A stretch of DNA of 64,000 nucleotides from a virus (IMGVR_UViG_2524614843_000001:39279-103278); one strand, 5' to 3'. Positions 18,031 through 28,079 are shown, numbered from the stretch's first letter. The notes: generated from the sequence alone by a model not told the origin. Program-made: numbers and translations.

Positions 18031-18363
18031 TTAGTGGATGCTGTACTGCCACTGCAGCACGCGCGTCTGGTCCATCAGATCGCCAATCAGTCCGCGCGAC
18101 GCATTCTTCGCCGGAGACTTCCAAGACGCTGCCTTCCACAAGGTCAGGTCAGACAAACGCACAAACCCCCAAGCGGAACGCGAGTAGATATTGCCGGTCT
18201 CACGATCACGACGCACCATCACCAGGCGGGCATAGACCTTGCCATACTCCGCTTCGATGGTCAGCTCTTCATGCTTGTGCAGGCTCGGGTATTCCTTGGC
18301 CATGCGCTCACGCAAGATCTCAGTGGCACGAGTGATGGCATTCTGGATGGCTGTTGATGACAT
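18031..18363 (-). CDS. Hypothetical protein (110 aa)
   Basis: Start at MSSTAIQN with GGAGGA RBS; lies inside the non-coding repeat region. Confidence 0.45.
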   Translation of the reverse strand: MSSTAIQNAITRATEILRERMAKEYPSLHKHEELTIEAEYGKVYARLVMVRRDRETGNIYSRSAWGFVRLSDLTLWKAASWKSPAKNASRGLIGDLMDQTRVLQWQYSIH

Positions 18364-18448
18364 GAGGCATTCCTCCGTGTTGTTGACGGACTCATGTTCA
18401 TGTCTGCCTAGTGGCGCGTGCGCGGTAATCCGGAGTAGCCCGCGGCGA

Positions 18449-18476
18449 GAGACTGGTGTGACCAGAGTGAGGATGG
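18449..18476 (+). repeat. Iteron-like repeat copy 4 (preceded by TAATCCGGAGTAG half-site)
   Basis: GAGACTGGTGTGACCAGAGTGAGGATGG. Confidence 0.7.
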
Positions 18477-18526
18477 GCAGGACGTGCCAAGGTAGGGAGA
18501 GGAAAGGCACAGCCGAGGGAGCCGGC

Positions 18527-18715
18527 CCCACTCCCCGCCTCCTGTCCTTCGCCTCTGCGTCCTGTCGCTTGATCTATCTTCCTTACCTGTGTCCTACCCT
18601 TAGCCCCTACGTGTCCTACTACTTGCGCCCCTATACCCTACCTGCGCGTCTACTTACCCCTCTCTACCTAACCCTACTCTCTCTCGTACCTGTCTGATCT
18701 GTCTCTACCCTATCC
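18527..18715 (+). repeat. About 190-bp polypyrimidine (C/T >85%) tract
   Basis: Strongly strand-asymmetric composition, non-coding. Confidence 0.6.
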
Positions 18716-18728
18716 GGAGTGTCTGTGT

Positions 18729-18965
18729 TTACGGGCGATGCTTGTTAGATGAGGTGGTTGCTAGAGGTGTGTATTTGCCTTGTCGTAAATCCATTTTAGA
18801 GAGCAGTTCGAGTAGCTCTGGTGTGACTTGGATGACGTACCACACTCCCCCGATGAGCAGATAGCAATTAGGGTATTGCAGATCGTAGGCATCAATCTGT
18901 GTGTCGGAAGTGATGGTGATTTCTTCTGTTGAGTTTGGGTCTGTTGATTTGGCGATGAGGGGCAT
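18729..18965 (-). CDS. Hypothetical small protein (78 aa)
   Basis: ORF only; low support. Confidence 0.3.
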   Translation of the reverse strand: MPLIAKSTDPNSTEEITITSDTQIDAYDLQYPNCYLLIGGVWYVIQVTPELLELLSKMDLRQGKYTPLATTSSNKHRP

Positions 18966-19548
18966 GGATAGGTTCTCTTTGTGAAAATGGATGGCGTACC
19001 TCAGTCTGGATGAGGCCTGTCTGTGTGGAAGTATTCTGCCTGAATTGGATGGCGTTTTCTGGTTTGGCCTGTCTCTCTGTCTGTTTCTCTTCCTATCTAT
19101 CTATCGCTCTATCTCTCTGTCTAGCGGGAATGACGTTTCCCTGCGCTCTGCTGCGTTTTCGTGTGTCCGGATGAGTCGTGATATGTCCGGAGCTTGCCCG
19201 CGCGCTCTGTGTGCGATTGTGCGGATTTGTCTGGATGGATGACGAATGTGAGGGAGGATGAATTACCGGAGCAGGCTGATCATGTGTTTTTTGCTGCATT
19301 GATGCTGCATTTCTTCGCGAAGGCTTGAAATTATTGGCATTTTGAATAGGCGGAAATCGAAAGCCTATTTGCATTAAACCATTGTGAATACGACATACGA
19401 GCGTTGATTTGCGGCAGGATTGCGTCACTTTTACAGCAAACAGCGCTGGTTGAATCTTGGAATGCAGATATATTTGGAGGCATGAATAATTAGGTCTTAC
19501 CATATTGCCCATATACACACTTAATCATCTACCATTTGGGAGAATCTC

Positions 19549-20190
19549 ATGCGTGGTTTATTGGCAACCCTGGTATTTACGCTCCTGACCGGCTGCGGCA
19601 CTTTTGTCCGCACTAATGTATCGGTGTTTCACGAGCTGGACTCATCGCTATCTGGTGTCACTTACACGATTGTCCCTTCCAATGAGCAAAAAGAAAGCCT
19701 CGAGTTCCGGTCATACGCCAAGCTGATTAAAAACCAGCTGCAAACACGCGGCATGTCGGAGGTTCCATACAAAGAGGCCAAATACGCCATCTTGATGCAG
19801 TATGGAATCGATAATGGCCAAGAGGTTGTATCGACCTATCCTATTTTTGGCCAGACAGGGGTTAGCAGCACCTACACAACCGGTTCCGTGAACGTGTACG
19901 GCAATACTGCCACCTATAACGAGAGCACCTATGTCACTCCGACCTTCGGAGTTGTTGGTACCGGAACCTCATCAGACACGGTGTTTACCCGCTACTTGAA
20001 CCTAGACATTGTGGACATTGCGAATTCTGGCGATGGAAAGGTGAGAAAGGTCTACGAAGGCAAGGCGATCAGTAAAGGCTCTAGCAGCCAGCTCGCTCCA
20101 GTGATGCCATATATGGTGAAGAGCGTCTTTGAGGACTTCCCTGGCACTAGCGGTTCAACCAAGACGATTGAGTTGCCATTGCAAAAATAA
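19549..20190 (+). CDS. Lipoprotein (plus-strand moron; signal peptide, lipobox LLTGC)
   Basis: 213 aa; GGGAGA RBS; AT-rich promoter-like upstream region and own terminator. Confidence 0.65.
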   Translation: MRGLLATLVFTLLTGCGTFVRTNVSVFHELDSSLSGVTYTIVPSNEQKESLEFRSYAKLIKNQLQTRGMSEVPYKEAKYAILMQYGIDNGQEVVSTYPIFGQTGVSSTYTTGSVNVYGNTATYNESTYVTPTFGVVGTGTSSDTVFTRYLNLDIVDIANSGDGKVRKVYEGKAISKGSSSQLAPVMPYMVKSVFEDFPGTSGSTKTIELPLQK

Positions 20191-20195
20191 GCTGA

Positions 20196-20237
20196 CGTAA
20201 AATTTAGCCAAATAATAAAGGGTGGATTTTCCACCCT
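20196..20237. terminator. Rho-independent terminator (GGGTGG-atttt-CCACCC + TTTATTTT), A-rich on 5' side so potentially bidirectional
   Basis: Hairpin plus T-run after lipoprotein gene. Confidence 0.7.
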
Positions 20238-20250
20238 TTTATTTTGAGGT

Positions 20251-21591
20251 TTAGCAGTAGGCAAGCAGCTCGATGAGTGAGTTTGCGATTGCCTCATCTT
20301 CAAGCTGCCAACATTCTTTGGCGAGATTAGTGACGATACTTGCCAACTTGAAGTTATCAGGCGATCGCTCCTTGAGCAGTTGAGGCTGTGTGTAAAAGAG
20401 CACCAACGCCCAGCGATACAATCCTGCGCTCTTGAGCAAGTGGTTAATCTTGCGCTCTTCTTGAGGCACAGCTGCTGCAGAACAGACGATTTCCTTATAG
20501 GGCGCCGTCAGAGGATTAGGCCATGCGCGCTCTTCCGCCACTTTCCACTTGCAAGCATTACCCCAATAGAGCGCGGTAAACACATGATTCGCGCAGCTCA
20601 GCGGTCGGCTTTTTGAGTAGGGCTGATAAGGCACTTTGGTCAGCAAGGCAACAATTGCATCACGGTTGACGAGTCCTGCCTCAAATGCACTCACTAGCCT
20701 GGCCGTATGATCATCATTTGCTTGATCGGGGAAGAGCGAGCTGATCGTATCGCCGGTCTCTATGAGATAACCCATGTCACACATGCCAAGCTCAGCGAGC
20801 TTTTGCATTACATACATGCCGTTTTCGGCGTAATTGCACAGGTAGATACCCATAGCTCGCTTGAGAGAATAGCGAGTTTTTTGGCATCGATAGTCAAACA
20901 GCGCAGCCTGCTCTGCCGATAGTTGATACCGGCAATCCTCAAAGAAAACCTCCATGTAATGCCGGAATGCTTGGAAAAGCTGGGCATTTGTCCAATTGGA
21001 TTGGACAGCGCCGCTGGCCATGAAATCAACCATCTTGGCGTCAAAGACGTAATCAATGCAGCCATAGTCGAGCTCTTCGGCAGACAGCACATTGCCTTTG
21101 AGCAGGTTCTCACGCATCGAGTTATGAGTGGTTTCAATGTAATGCCAGGCACTCCCCGGCGATTGCTTAATTGGCCATTCGGTTTCGCCTGCAAACCCTT
21201 CCATCTTCATCTGCTGAGCAAAGTCAGTCATGCCATCAGGTGAAAAGAGTCCCGCATTCAGATAGTCAAAAATGATGCGTAGCTTTCCGAGCCTTCTGTA
21301 ATGGCTGGGGTAAAAAGGGGCGACCGAGTGCGGATTATTGAAAGGGCTGGAGCCATTTTTGATACTGGCGCTCAAGTGCTGCACGATGGCTTTTCCGTTG
21401 GGCGCCACTTTCCAAAGATACTCGTTAGCAAGGGTCGTGAATTGTTTTTCTAGCTTTTGAGCTCTCCCCTTTGTCGTACCCAAAAGCTTAGCGATTTCTT
21501 CGATGCTAATTTCAGAGTCTTTCGCCGCGACAGCGCGAGCCGCGTCAAAGTAGGATTTGAAGGTGATGTGATCGTTTGTAGAAGCGGCCAT
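20251..21591 (-). CDS. Large hypothetical protein, paralog A (N-terminal HTH resembling sigma-70 region 4)
   Basis: 446 aa; about 40-45% identical over long stretches to 21932..23356 (e.g. EYLWKVAPNGK, GSAWHY, FMASG.VQS.W). Confidence 0.6.
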   Translation of the reverse strand: MAASTNDHITFKSYFDAARAVAAKDSEISIEEIAKLLGTTKGRAQKLEKQFTTLANEYLWKVAPNGKAIVQHLSASIKNGSSPFNNPHSVAPFYPSHYRRLGKLRIIFDYLNAGLFSPDGMTDFAQQMKMEGFAGETEWPIKQSPGSAWHYIETTHNSMRENLLKGNVLSAEELDYGCIDYVFDAKMVDFMASGAVQSNWTNAQLFQAFRHYMEVFFEDCRYQLSAEQAALFDYRCQKTRYSLKRAMGIYLCNYAENGMYVMQKLAELGMCDMGYLIETGDTISSLFPDQANDDHTARLVSAFEAGLVNRDAIVALLTKVPYQPYSKSRPLSCANHVFTALYWGNACKWKVAEERAWPNPLTAPYKEIVCSAAAVPQEERKINHLLKSAGLYRWALVLFYTQPQLLKERSPDNFKLASIVTNLAKECWQLEDEAIANSLIELLAYC

Positions 21592-21624
21592 ATCGGTCTA
21601 CCTAAAGTCATACGAGATTTAAGG

Positions 21625-21921
21625 TTATTCAGCTAGCTGCAGATCTTCGGCAAAAGCCGTCATCGAGTCGATGATGTCGCCATTGGCATCAACCAGGTCG
21701 GTGATCACGCCTTCACTGGTGTAATTCACGCAGGTTGAGCCCCAATCTTTCCGGCCGACTACAACACGGTCGTCGTGATTGGGCGCGATCTCGATGTTGA
21801 CATTCTCGCCGTAGCGAATGGCGACCGGTTCGATGATGCGCTGGCGCAGGATTTCGATGATCATCTCGACCTTTTCGGCCAGTTTTTCGTTTTGCTCTTG
21901 TATGAGTGTTTCGCGGTTCAT
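21625..21921 (-). CDS. Hypothetical protein (98 aa) between the two paralogs
   Basis: ORF with plausible codon usage. Confidence 0.45.
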   Translation of the reverse strand: MNRETLIQEQNEKLAEKVEMIIEILRQRIIEPVAIRYGENVNIEIAPNHDDRVVVGRKDWGSTCVNYTSEGVITDLVDANGDIIDSMTAFAEDLQLAE

Positions 21922-21931
21922 TGTTGAATCC

Positions 21932-23356
21932 TTATCGGTAGTACATCAGTGCTGCCAGCTTGTCGGCGATTTCACAGTCATCCATTTTCCAATGCTCGCT
22001 CAGGATTTCCTTGACCAAAGCAGCCAGCTTAAAGTTTTCCGGTGATTGCTTTTCGAGGAACTCGGGCTCGGCGCAGTAAAGCGTCAGCGCCCACTGATGC
22101 AATCCGGTGCGAGATAGCAGCTCGGAAATGGTGCGATCTTCTCCTTCCAACTCGAGGGCGAGCTTGATCATTTCCGACTTAGGTGTATTGAGCGGCTCAG
22201 GCCAGTTCAGCGGCTTCTGAATCTCCCAGTCGCTATAGTTCGCCCAGTAATGCGCTCTAAAAACAAGTGCGGCGCAATCCAGAGGTCGCTCGATACTCAC
22301 ATGCTCACTGCATTCTTCGGCGATGGCCATTTTGATCATGTTTTCGCGGTCAATGAGTCCGGCTGTGAAAACATCGGCGAGTCGTGCGAGTGCGCCTTCT
22401 TTTTTCAAATTGGTAAACAGAGACGTTTGCGGATTGCCATATCGCGGCAGCAAATCAGCGTCGCATAGACCAAGTTCAATCAGCGTTTCCATAACCTTCG
22501 TGCCACCGGCTTTGTAATGGCAAAGGAATCTAGCCATTCGCTCTTTGAGGTCGATCAGGGTGGCGTAGCAGCGTTGAGATAGGGCTCGGAGCTCCTCTTC
22601 TGGCAGCTCATATTGGCATTTTTCATAAAAATCGATCATGTACTGGCGGAAGCTCTCAGTCAGCTTGTCATCGTGCCAAGAGCTTTGAACGAGACCGCTC
22701 GCCATAAAGTCGATGACCTTTGCCTCAAAGGTATAGCGATTGTGAGCAAAGGCGGCTTCATCGGCAGAAAGAACAGCACCTTTGAGCAGATGATCGCGTA
22801 TCGAGCTGTTCATGCTATCCAAGTAATGCCAGGCGCTCCCTTCATGTTTCTCGATTGGCCATTCTTCTTCACCATCAAAACCGTCACACCTTATTTGTTC
22901 CGCGAAATCGAGCATCAGGTCGTGCGAAAACAGACCGGCATCCAGATATTCAAAAATCGTCCGTAACTTAGTCAGCCGATTATTTTTGGGGTAGGGCAAC
23001 GAAGAAATCCAATGCCTTTTGAAAAAATCAGCTCGAGGCTTTTTGAGGATGCTCAGCAGATGTTCAATAATCTCTTTGCCATTTGGTGCCACTTTCCACA
23101 GGTACTCGCCAGCTAGGAAGATGAATTGCTTTTCTTTCTTTTTGGCGCGTCTGACTGTGGTACCCATGATCGCGGCAATTTCATCGATGCTGATATTCTG
23201 GTCTTTGGCCGCGACAGTTCGAGCGGCATCAAAGTAGTCTTGGTAGCTCAAACCTTTGCTGCCGATACCGATTCGATTTAGTGCATGTATCGCCTTCTCT
23301 TCATTCAAACCAGATTCGATAAGGATTTTCAAAGATTGCTCGTATCGAGTTCCCAT
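21932..23356 (-). CDS. Large hypothetical protein, paralog B
   Basis: 474 aa; paralogous to 20251..21591. Confidence 0.6.
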   Translation of the reverse strand: MGTRYEQSLKILIESGLNEEKAIHALNRIGIGSKGLSYQDYFDAARTVAAKDQNISIDEIAAIMGTTVRRAKKKEKQFIFLAGEYLWKVAPNGKEIIEHLLSILKKPRADFFKRHWISSLPYPKNNRLTKLRTIFEYLDAGLFSHDLMLDFAEQIRCDGFDGEEEWPIEKHEGSAWHYLDSMNSSIRDHLLKGAVLSADEAAFAHNRYTFEAKVIDFMASGLVQSSWHDDKLTESFRQYMIDFYEKCQYELPEEELRALSQRCYATLIDLKERMARFLCHYKAGGTKVMETLIELGLCDADLLPRYGNPQTSLFTNLKKEGALARLADVFTAGLIDRENMIKMAIAEECSEHVSIERPLDCAALVFRAHYWANYSDWEIQKPLNWPEPLNTPKSEMIKLALELEGEDRTISELLSRTGLHQWALTLYCAEPEFLEKQSPENFKLAALVKEILSEHWKMDDCEIADKLAALMYYR

Positions 23357-23369
23357 TTTTCTCTCCTAT

Positions 23370-23894
23370 TCAACGCATTTGAGGCTTTCTAGCGCTCTCG
23401 ACAGAATTATTTTGCTGCACTTGATCTGGCATATTCAGGCGCTCTTGCTCGATCTGCTGGATTCCCGCATCGACCAGGCCGATCAGCTCTTCCTCAGTGG
23501 CGCCACACTCAAATCCATCCAGAAGCCGGCAGATTAGGCTGGCCAGCTTTGGACTGCGGGCGGTACCGGTGGTGTGACCAATTAGCGCTCGCCAGCGCAT
23601 TGCATCGGCAGCAAGGTCGCTCACCTTCGGGTCACGCTCTACCTGTAAATGCCAGTCCAGCAATTGAGACACGGCCTCACGCGGCGAGCTGAACGAGTCG
23701 GCTGTTGCACCAATTGTCACCAGCTGCTCGTCAACCGCATTGCGCCAGGCGTCCTCTTGGCAGTGTGCGCATTGGAATGGCTCGTACCAGCGCTTGATTG
23801 ACGGCGACTGCGCCTCGTATTGCTGCTGGGTCATGAATCGCTTGAGGCCTGTCACGCCGATGGTGCGCCAGGCTATTTTGTTTTCAGATGCCAT
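23370..23894 (-). CDS. Hypothetical protein (174 aa)
   Basis: ORF. Confidence 0.45.
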   Translation of the reverse strand: MASENKIAWRTIGVTGLKRFMTQQQYEAQSPSIKRWYEPFQCAHCQEDAWRNAVDEQLVTIGATADSFSSPREAVSQLLDWHLQVERDPKVSDLAADAMRWRALIGHTTGTARSPKLASLICRLLDGFECGATEEELIGLVDAGIQQIEQERLNMPDQVQQNNSVESARKPQMR

Positions 23895-24128
23895 ATTTCG
23901 CTTTCGCCCTCATCATGCTTGAGAAATCGACGTAGCTTTGCCAGCTGTCGTACCAGAATCGCCACCGGTTATAAGCGTGTGAGGTGTAGGTCCAAGGTTG
24001 AACTTCTGGATTTTCCACCTCGATGTAGCGCTTGCTTGGAGGCAGAAAGTCACCGCCAAACTCATTCAGTGGTTTCCTTCTGCGCTCCATTTCAGCAGGG
24101 TCTCGGCCAGTCAGATGCAACCCCATAC

Positions 24129-24536
24129 TCACACCTCCCGGGCGATGACCTGATATGCCTGCCAGCACTGCTCGCGCATATCCGGCGTAACCAACATCCG
24201 GTCGAGGGTCTGCAGGTATTCTTCCTGTGTTGCGAACTTCGCCGGTCGGAGATCTTCGCGGCCACTGCAGAAGCCCAGCCAGTCGAGCACATGAGCCTTC
24301 AAATTGGGCTTATGGACACGCCAGTTTTTCAGGTCGTACCGACCAACATAGGGCTCGGCCTCTGTGAAGCCAGCCTGCTCATGCACGATCTTAAAATCGC
24401 ACTTGTCGTAGCCGCCGTGCTCGGGTGCGGTACGGCTCCAGCTGGAAAGTAGCTCATCGGCGTGGCCAAAAGTATTGAACTCAGCCGGCTTGGTTGGGGC
24501 GCCCTGCCCTTCTGCTCTGATTAAGGTGATTTTCAT
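24129..24536 (-). CDS. Hypothetical protein (135 aa)
   Basis: Start at MKITLIRAEG with AAGGAG RBS. Confidence 0.5.
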   Translation of the reverse strand: MKITLIRAEGQGAPTKPAEFNTFGHADELLSSWSRTAPEHGGYDKCDFKIVHEQAGFTEAEPYVGRYDLKNWRVHKPNLKAHVLDWLGFCSGREDLRPAKFATQEEYLQTLDRMLVTPDMREQCWQAYQVIAREV

Positions 24537-24671
24537 GGCGTCACTCCTTCGTTTCGATGGAGTAATTGTCACGCTCGCCTACTGGTGCGTGATTGGTGAG
24601 TTTGAGCTGGCCTTGGGATTTTCTGGCGCTAAAAATACCCACATTGCTGCGGGTATCTCTGGCGCTATCGC

Positions 24672-25514
24672 TTATGCTTCGGACGCGGATTTACTCACGC
24701 GATTAAGCAGATCTTCGGCAATACGCTCTGCCGACTCCACACCGCGCTGTTCAACGATTCCGATGCGATTTGTGTCATTCAGCAAATCAGCCACCTTTTC
24801 CGACCATTCGCGCGTTACCGCAGCCATTTGATCAACAAAGGCGTTCTTGTCAATTTTGCCTTCTGAGGTCGTCTGAGCAATGCAGGCGTCGCGGAAAGTG
24901 GCCAGATGCGCTTCAAACATATTCATCAGGCCAATGCACGGCGTCGGTGCGTCGGCATACTCAGCGCTAATACCGTACTGCTCTAGCACCTGAGTTTCAT
25001 CAGTAATGGTGATGCCGGTCATCGCGCAAGACAGGATGCTCAGTTTTGGGCCAGCAATCCATTTCTGGATTTCGCTCAAGATTTCCGCCAGCTCAGCCAA
25101 TTCATCAATTGCCTGCTTGTTTTCAGGGTCGATGTTCTTGCGGGCGTTGATTAGCAGCTTGTCACATTCAGCCTTGAATTCATCTTCGACAGCGAGGATG
25201 GGGTCGTATTCGGTGGCCAGCGAACTATTTGCAAGGGTCAGACGTGCGTACATTGTGACCGAGCCAAGCATGTCTCCATACGTGGCCTTGTTCATTGCGC
25301 CCAAGAAACCTTTGGCGATCGCTTCCGGCAGCTCATTTGCTTTCGCTTTCAAGCCTTCGATCATATCCGCCTTTTGGTTTTGCTCACGAATCGCCAGGAA
25401 TAACGAACCGAAAGCCGCACTCATATTGGCGTTCATGAGATCGGGAACGTGATGCAAGGCGCGCGATACGCTTTTTTGCTGTTTCATGATTTGATCAGGT
25501 GTGAAGGTAGACAT
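24672..25514 (-). CDS. Hypothetical protein (280 aa)
   Basis: ORF. Confidence 0.5.
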   Translation of the reverse strand: MSTFTPDQIMKQQKSVSRALHHVPDLMNANMSAAFGSLFLAIREQNQKADMIEGLKAKANELPEAIAKGFLGAMNKATYGDMLGSVTMYARLTLANSSLATEYDPILAVEDEFKAECDKLLINARKNIDPENKQAIDELAELAEILSEIQKWIAGPKLSILSCAMTGITITDETQVLEQYGISAEYADAPTPCIGLMNMFEAHLATFRDACIAQTTSEGKIDKNAFVDQMAAVTREWSEKVADLLNDTNRIGIVEQRGVESAERIAEDLLNRVSKSASEA

Positions 25515-25532
25515 TTTTATTCCTTTTGAGGT

Positions 25533-26072
25533 TTACCAGGTGGCGTAACCTGTATCGGTTACTGCCGATTGAGACGAGAAACGGAAGTTCCGAATTTCGC
25601 CAAATGACTCGGCCTCTTTTGGGCGCGGGTCAAATTCTTTTACTGAGCCGAAGTACCACTCGGAAGTCTGATACTCGTAGCGCTTCTCTTTGTGGTTCAT
25701 GAAAGGCGTGAGCTCATACAGACCGATCTCGATCTCCGGCTCTTCTCGATCACTAACCGCAGGCTTTAGCTGAATGTGCAGCTTCATGGTCATCGCCTCC
25801 GCACCGGTCGATAAGCCAACGGAGCAATCCGCTGGCAGCTCGATCTGTTTGATCAGCCAAAAGATCGCTTGGTCATCCGACTGAACGAACAAATCGTCCG
25901 GTAGGTCATTCATTTCGATCTTGCTCAGCCCGCCATCTTCGTTGCGGTACCGTGTGACAAACAAATCACTAACCGACTCGCAAATGGCAAAGAGATCGCC
26001 GGCTACTTGCAGTGTTACGGGGTGATCGCCAACTGCGATGCTGAGATCAACCAAATGCGCGTTTTCATTCAT
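25533..26072 (-). CDS. Hypothetical protein (179 aa)
   Basis: ORF. Confidence 0.5.
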   Translation of the reverse strand: MNENAHLVDLSIAVGDHPVTLQVAGDLFAICESVSDLFVTRYRNEDGGLSKIEMNDLPDDLFVQSDDQAIFWLIKQIELPADCSVGLSTGAEAMTMKLHIQLKPAVSDREEPEIEIGLYELTPFMNHKEKRYEYQTSEWYFGSVKEFDPRPKEAESFGEIRNFRFSSQSAVTDTGYATW

Positions 26073-26213
26073 GACTGGTTACTTCGCGTGAAACTCGATG
26101 CGTGTATTGTGCAACTCAATTCGCGGCAAATAATAAGTCAGCGCGGACTGATTAACAAGCCCCAATTTATGCCCTTGGCACTAGGAAAAACCTGAATAAA
26201 TAGAAAGGCAGAA

Positions 26214-26250
26214 AGAAAGATAGATAGATAAATGGATAGATAGAAAGAAG
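26214..26250. repeat. Class-B motif, tandem copies (AGAAAGATAGATAGATAAATGGATAGATAGAAAGAAG)
   Basis: GATA-repeat family. Confidence 0.6.
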
Positions 26251-26251
26251 G

Positions 26252-26286
26252 CTAAAAAGATAGGCTGGAGCTATCTATCTCCAGCC
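26252..26286 (-). terminator. Terminator hairpin GGCTGGAG-ctatctat-CTCCAGCC followed on minus by TATCTTTTT
   Basis: After stop of 26303..27100. Confidence 0.6.
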
Positions 26287-26302
26287 TTCCTTGTTTCAGG
26301 CA

Positions 26303-27100
26303 TTACGCGGTTTCTTTCTTGTATTTCGCTACGATGGTTGAGTTTTCGAGCAGACGCAAACCACTACGACCGGAACGCTCAGCGATTTTCATTGCAGGGA
26401 ATAACTGCATAATCTGACCAGTCTGAGAGTTGATTGTGCCTGACTTATAGCCTGCAGCTTCCATTGCGGAACGGATAACGCTTGAATCGCATTCGCCGGT
26501 TGCAACCAACTTATCCAGCGCAATCTTGGTATAAACCGAGATAGCCACATCGTCTTGCAGGTAAGCAAAGAGGTTCTTAGCCTTCTCTTTCACCTTGACC
26601 GCGAGTTGATCGATGATCGCTGCAGTTTCAGTTGGTCCCTCGCCAGCACTGAGCTCGACAGTGGCAGCGACTTCACGCGCAGCCCGACCCTTACCCGCTG
26701 TCGCTTTTGGCGCTTCTTCGTTTGCACTTGCCTTCTTACCGGCAGCGCGGCTGCGAGTGCTGGCTTTCTCGGATGGTGTGGCAGAGGCCTTCTCTTCATC
26801 CGGAGCGGCCGACTCTTGCTCGGCGTAGATTTTTTCCCGAGCCTCAATCGAATTGATCACCGCCTCTTCATCTTCGATGGAGACTGACGCAGCAACCGCT
26901 TCGGCTTCCGGCTCAACTTCGACTTCACGCTCGTCACTGGCGCTCAGCGCTGTTGGTTCAAGACTGCCGATCAGCGCATCGAGCTCGGCATCAGAAACGA
27001 TTTGGTTTTCGCCGGCTGCAGCGGTAACTGATGATTCATCCAGACCTTGCAGCAGAGCGTCCAGATCGGCAGAGGTAGCTTGGTTGATTTCTTGACTCAT
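26303..27100 (-). CDS. Hypothetical protein with highly acidic N-terminal half
   Basis: 265 aa; D/E-rich first about 100 aa. Confidence 0.5.
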   Translation of the reverse strand: MSQEINQATSADLDALLQGLDESSVTAAAGENQIVSDAELDALIGSLEPTALSASDEREVEVEPEAEAVAASVSIEDEEAVINSIEAREKIYAEQESAAPDEEKASATPSEKASTRSRAAGKKASANEEAPKATAGKGRAAREVAATVELSAGEGPTETAAIIDQLAVKVKEKAKNLFAYLQDDVAISVYTKIALDKLVATGECDSSVIRSAMEAAGYKSGTINSQTGQIMQLFPAMKIAERSGRSGLRLLENSTIVAKYKKETA

Positions 27101-27161
27101 GATTTCATTCCTTGTCGGTTCGTTTTGATGTGTTGTCGCTATCGACAGGACGAATCATCAG

Positions 27162-27539
27162 TCATGACCTGTGGGAGAGGTCAGGCGCTTTTTCTTGCCC
27201 CAAAGCCTCGCCCTTCGCTTCCGCCCGCGCTGCAATTTGGGCTTTTAGCTCTTCGATGTACTTTAAAACCGCGCGCTGGGTGCCCTCCATTGCTTCGGCC
27301 ATATAGGGTTTGCCAGCCTTGCGGTATGCAGCAATTCTGGCGCCGATGCGCTGGTAATCTAGCTCCACGATTTCCAGCTGGATGGCGAGCGGTCGGTTGT
27401 ACCAAATGTTGGGTACCAGGTAATACTCGCCAGTGGCAGGGTCGTGATACCGCAAATGAGGATAAAGCCGCGTGTCCGGCGTGAGCAGTACCAGATCATC
27501 TGCCGGCTTTGGCAGTGTTTGGCGGAACTCGGGGTTCAT
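27162..27539 (-). CDS. Hypothetical protein
   Basis: ORF. Confidence 0.45.
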   Translation of the reverse strand: MNPEFRQTLPKPADDLVLLTPDTRLYPHLRYHDPATGEYYLVPNIWYNRPLAIQLEIVELDYQRIGARIAAYRKAGKPYMAEAMEGTQRAVLKYIEELKAQIAARAEAKGEALGQEKAPDLSHRS

Positions 27540-27668
27540 GCACGTCACCATGTTTCATACCCCTGTTTGTTGTGGAGACTGACCATTACCTTCACGTCGC
27601 CATCAGTCTTGAATTCAACCAGCTGCGCGATCGCCTTGAGCATCGGTAGCATGGCCAGCGCGCCCGCC

Positions 27669-28079
27669 TCACCGTTGTTGCGAATGAACAGATCGAGCTG
27701 CTCTTTGGCCTGCCGCGCGACGGCTGGAAATTCTTGGTTTGTGATCATTGCGCAGTAATTCCTCTGAATCTTGTTTGGTCATGAAGATATGCTCGATGCC
27801 ACTCCAGACCATGAAGTAGCACGGCACACCCATAAACTTGCCCTTGTGATAGGTCACGCACCGGTCTTGCAGCAGGTGAAGGCCTTTTGCGTGCCGGCCG
27901 AATGCGTACCCGAGCATGGAAGAGACCATCTTTAGCGACACCTTCCGGAAGAAGGTCTTGGCCGATATGCCTCTGGCGTTGTCCGTCATGCTGTCGAGCG
28001 CCTCGATAGCCCACCACCGCGTAGGCAGATCGCAACAGCGGGTATGCAATACGAGCCTCATTTGCGCTTCTCCCGACAT
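27669..28079 (-). CDS. Hypothetical protein (Cys/Trp-rich)
   Basis: ORF; start uncertain, overlaps small ORF 27545..27748. Confidence 0.35.
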   Translation of the reverse strand: MSGEAQMRLVLHTRCCDLPTRWWAIEALDSMTDNARGISAKTFFRKVSLKMVSSMLGYAFGRHAKGLHLLQDRCVTYHKGKFMGVPCYFMVWSGIEHIFMTKQDSEELLRNDHKPRISSRRAAGQRAARSVHSQQR

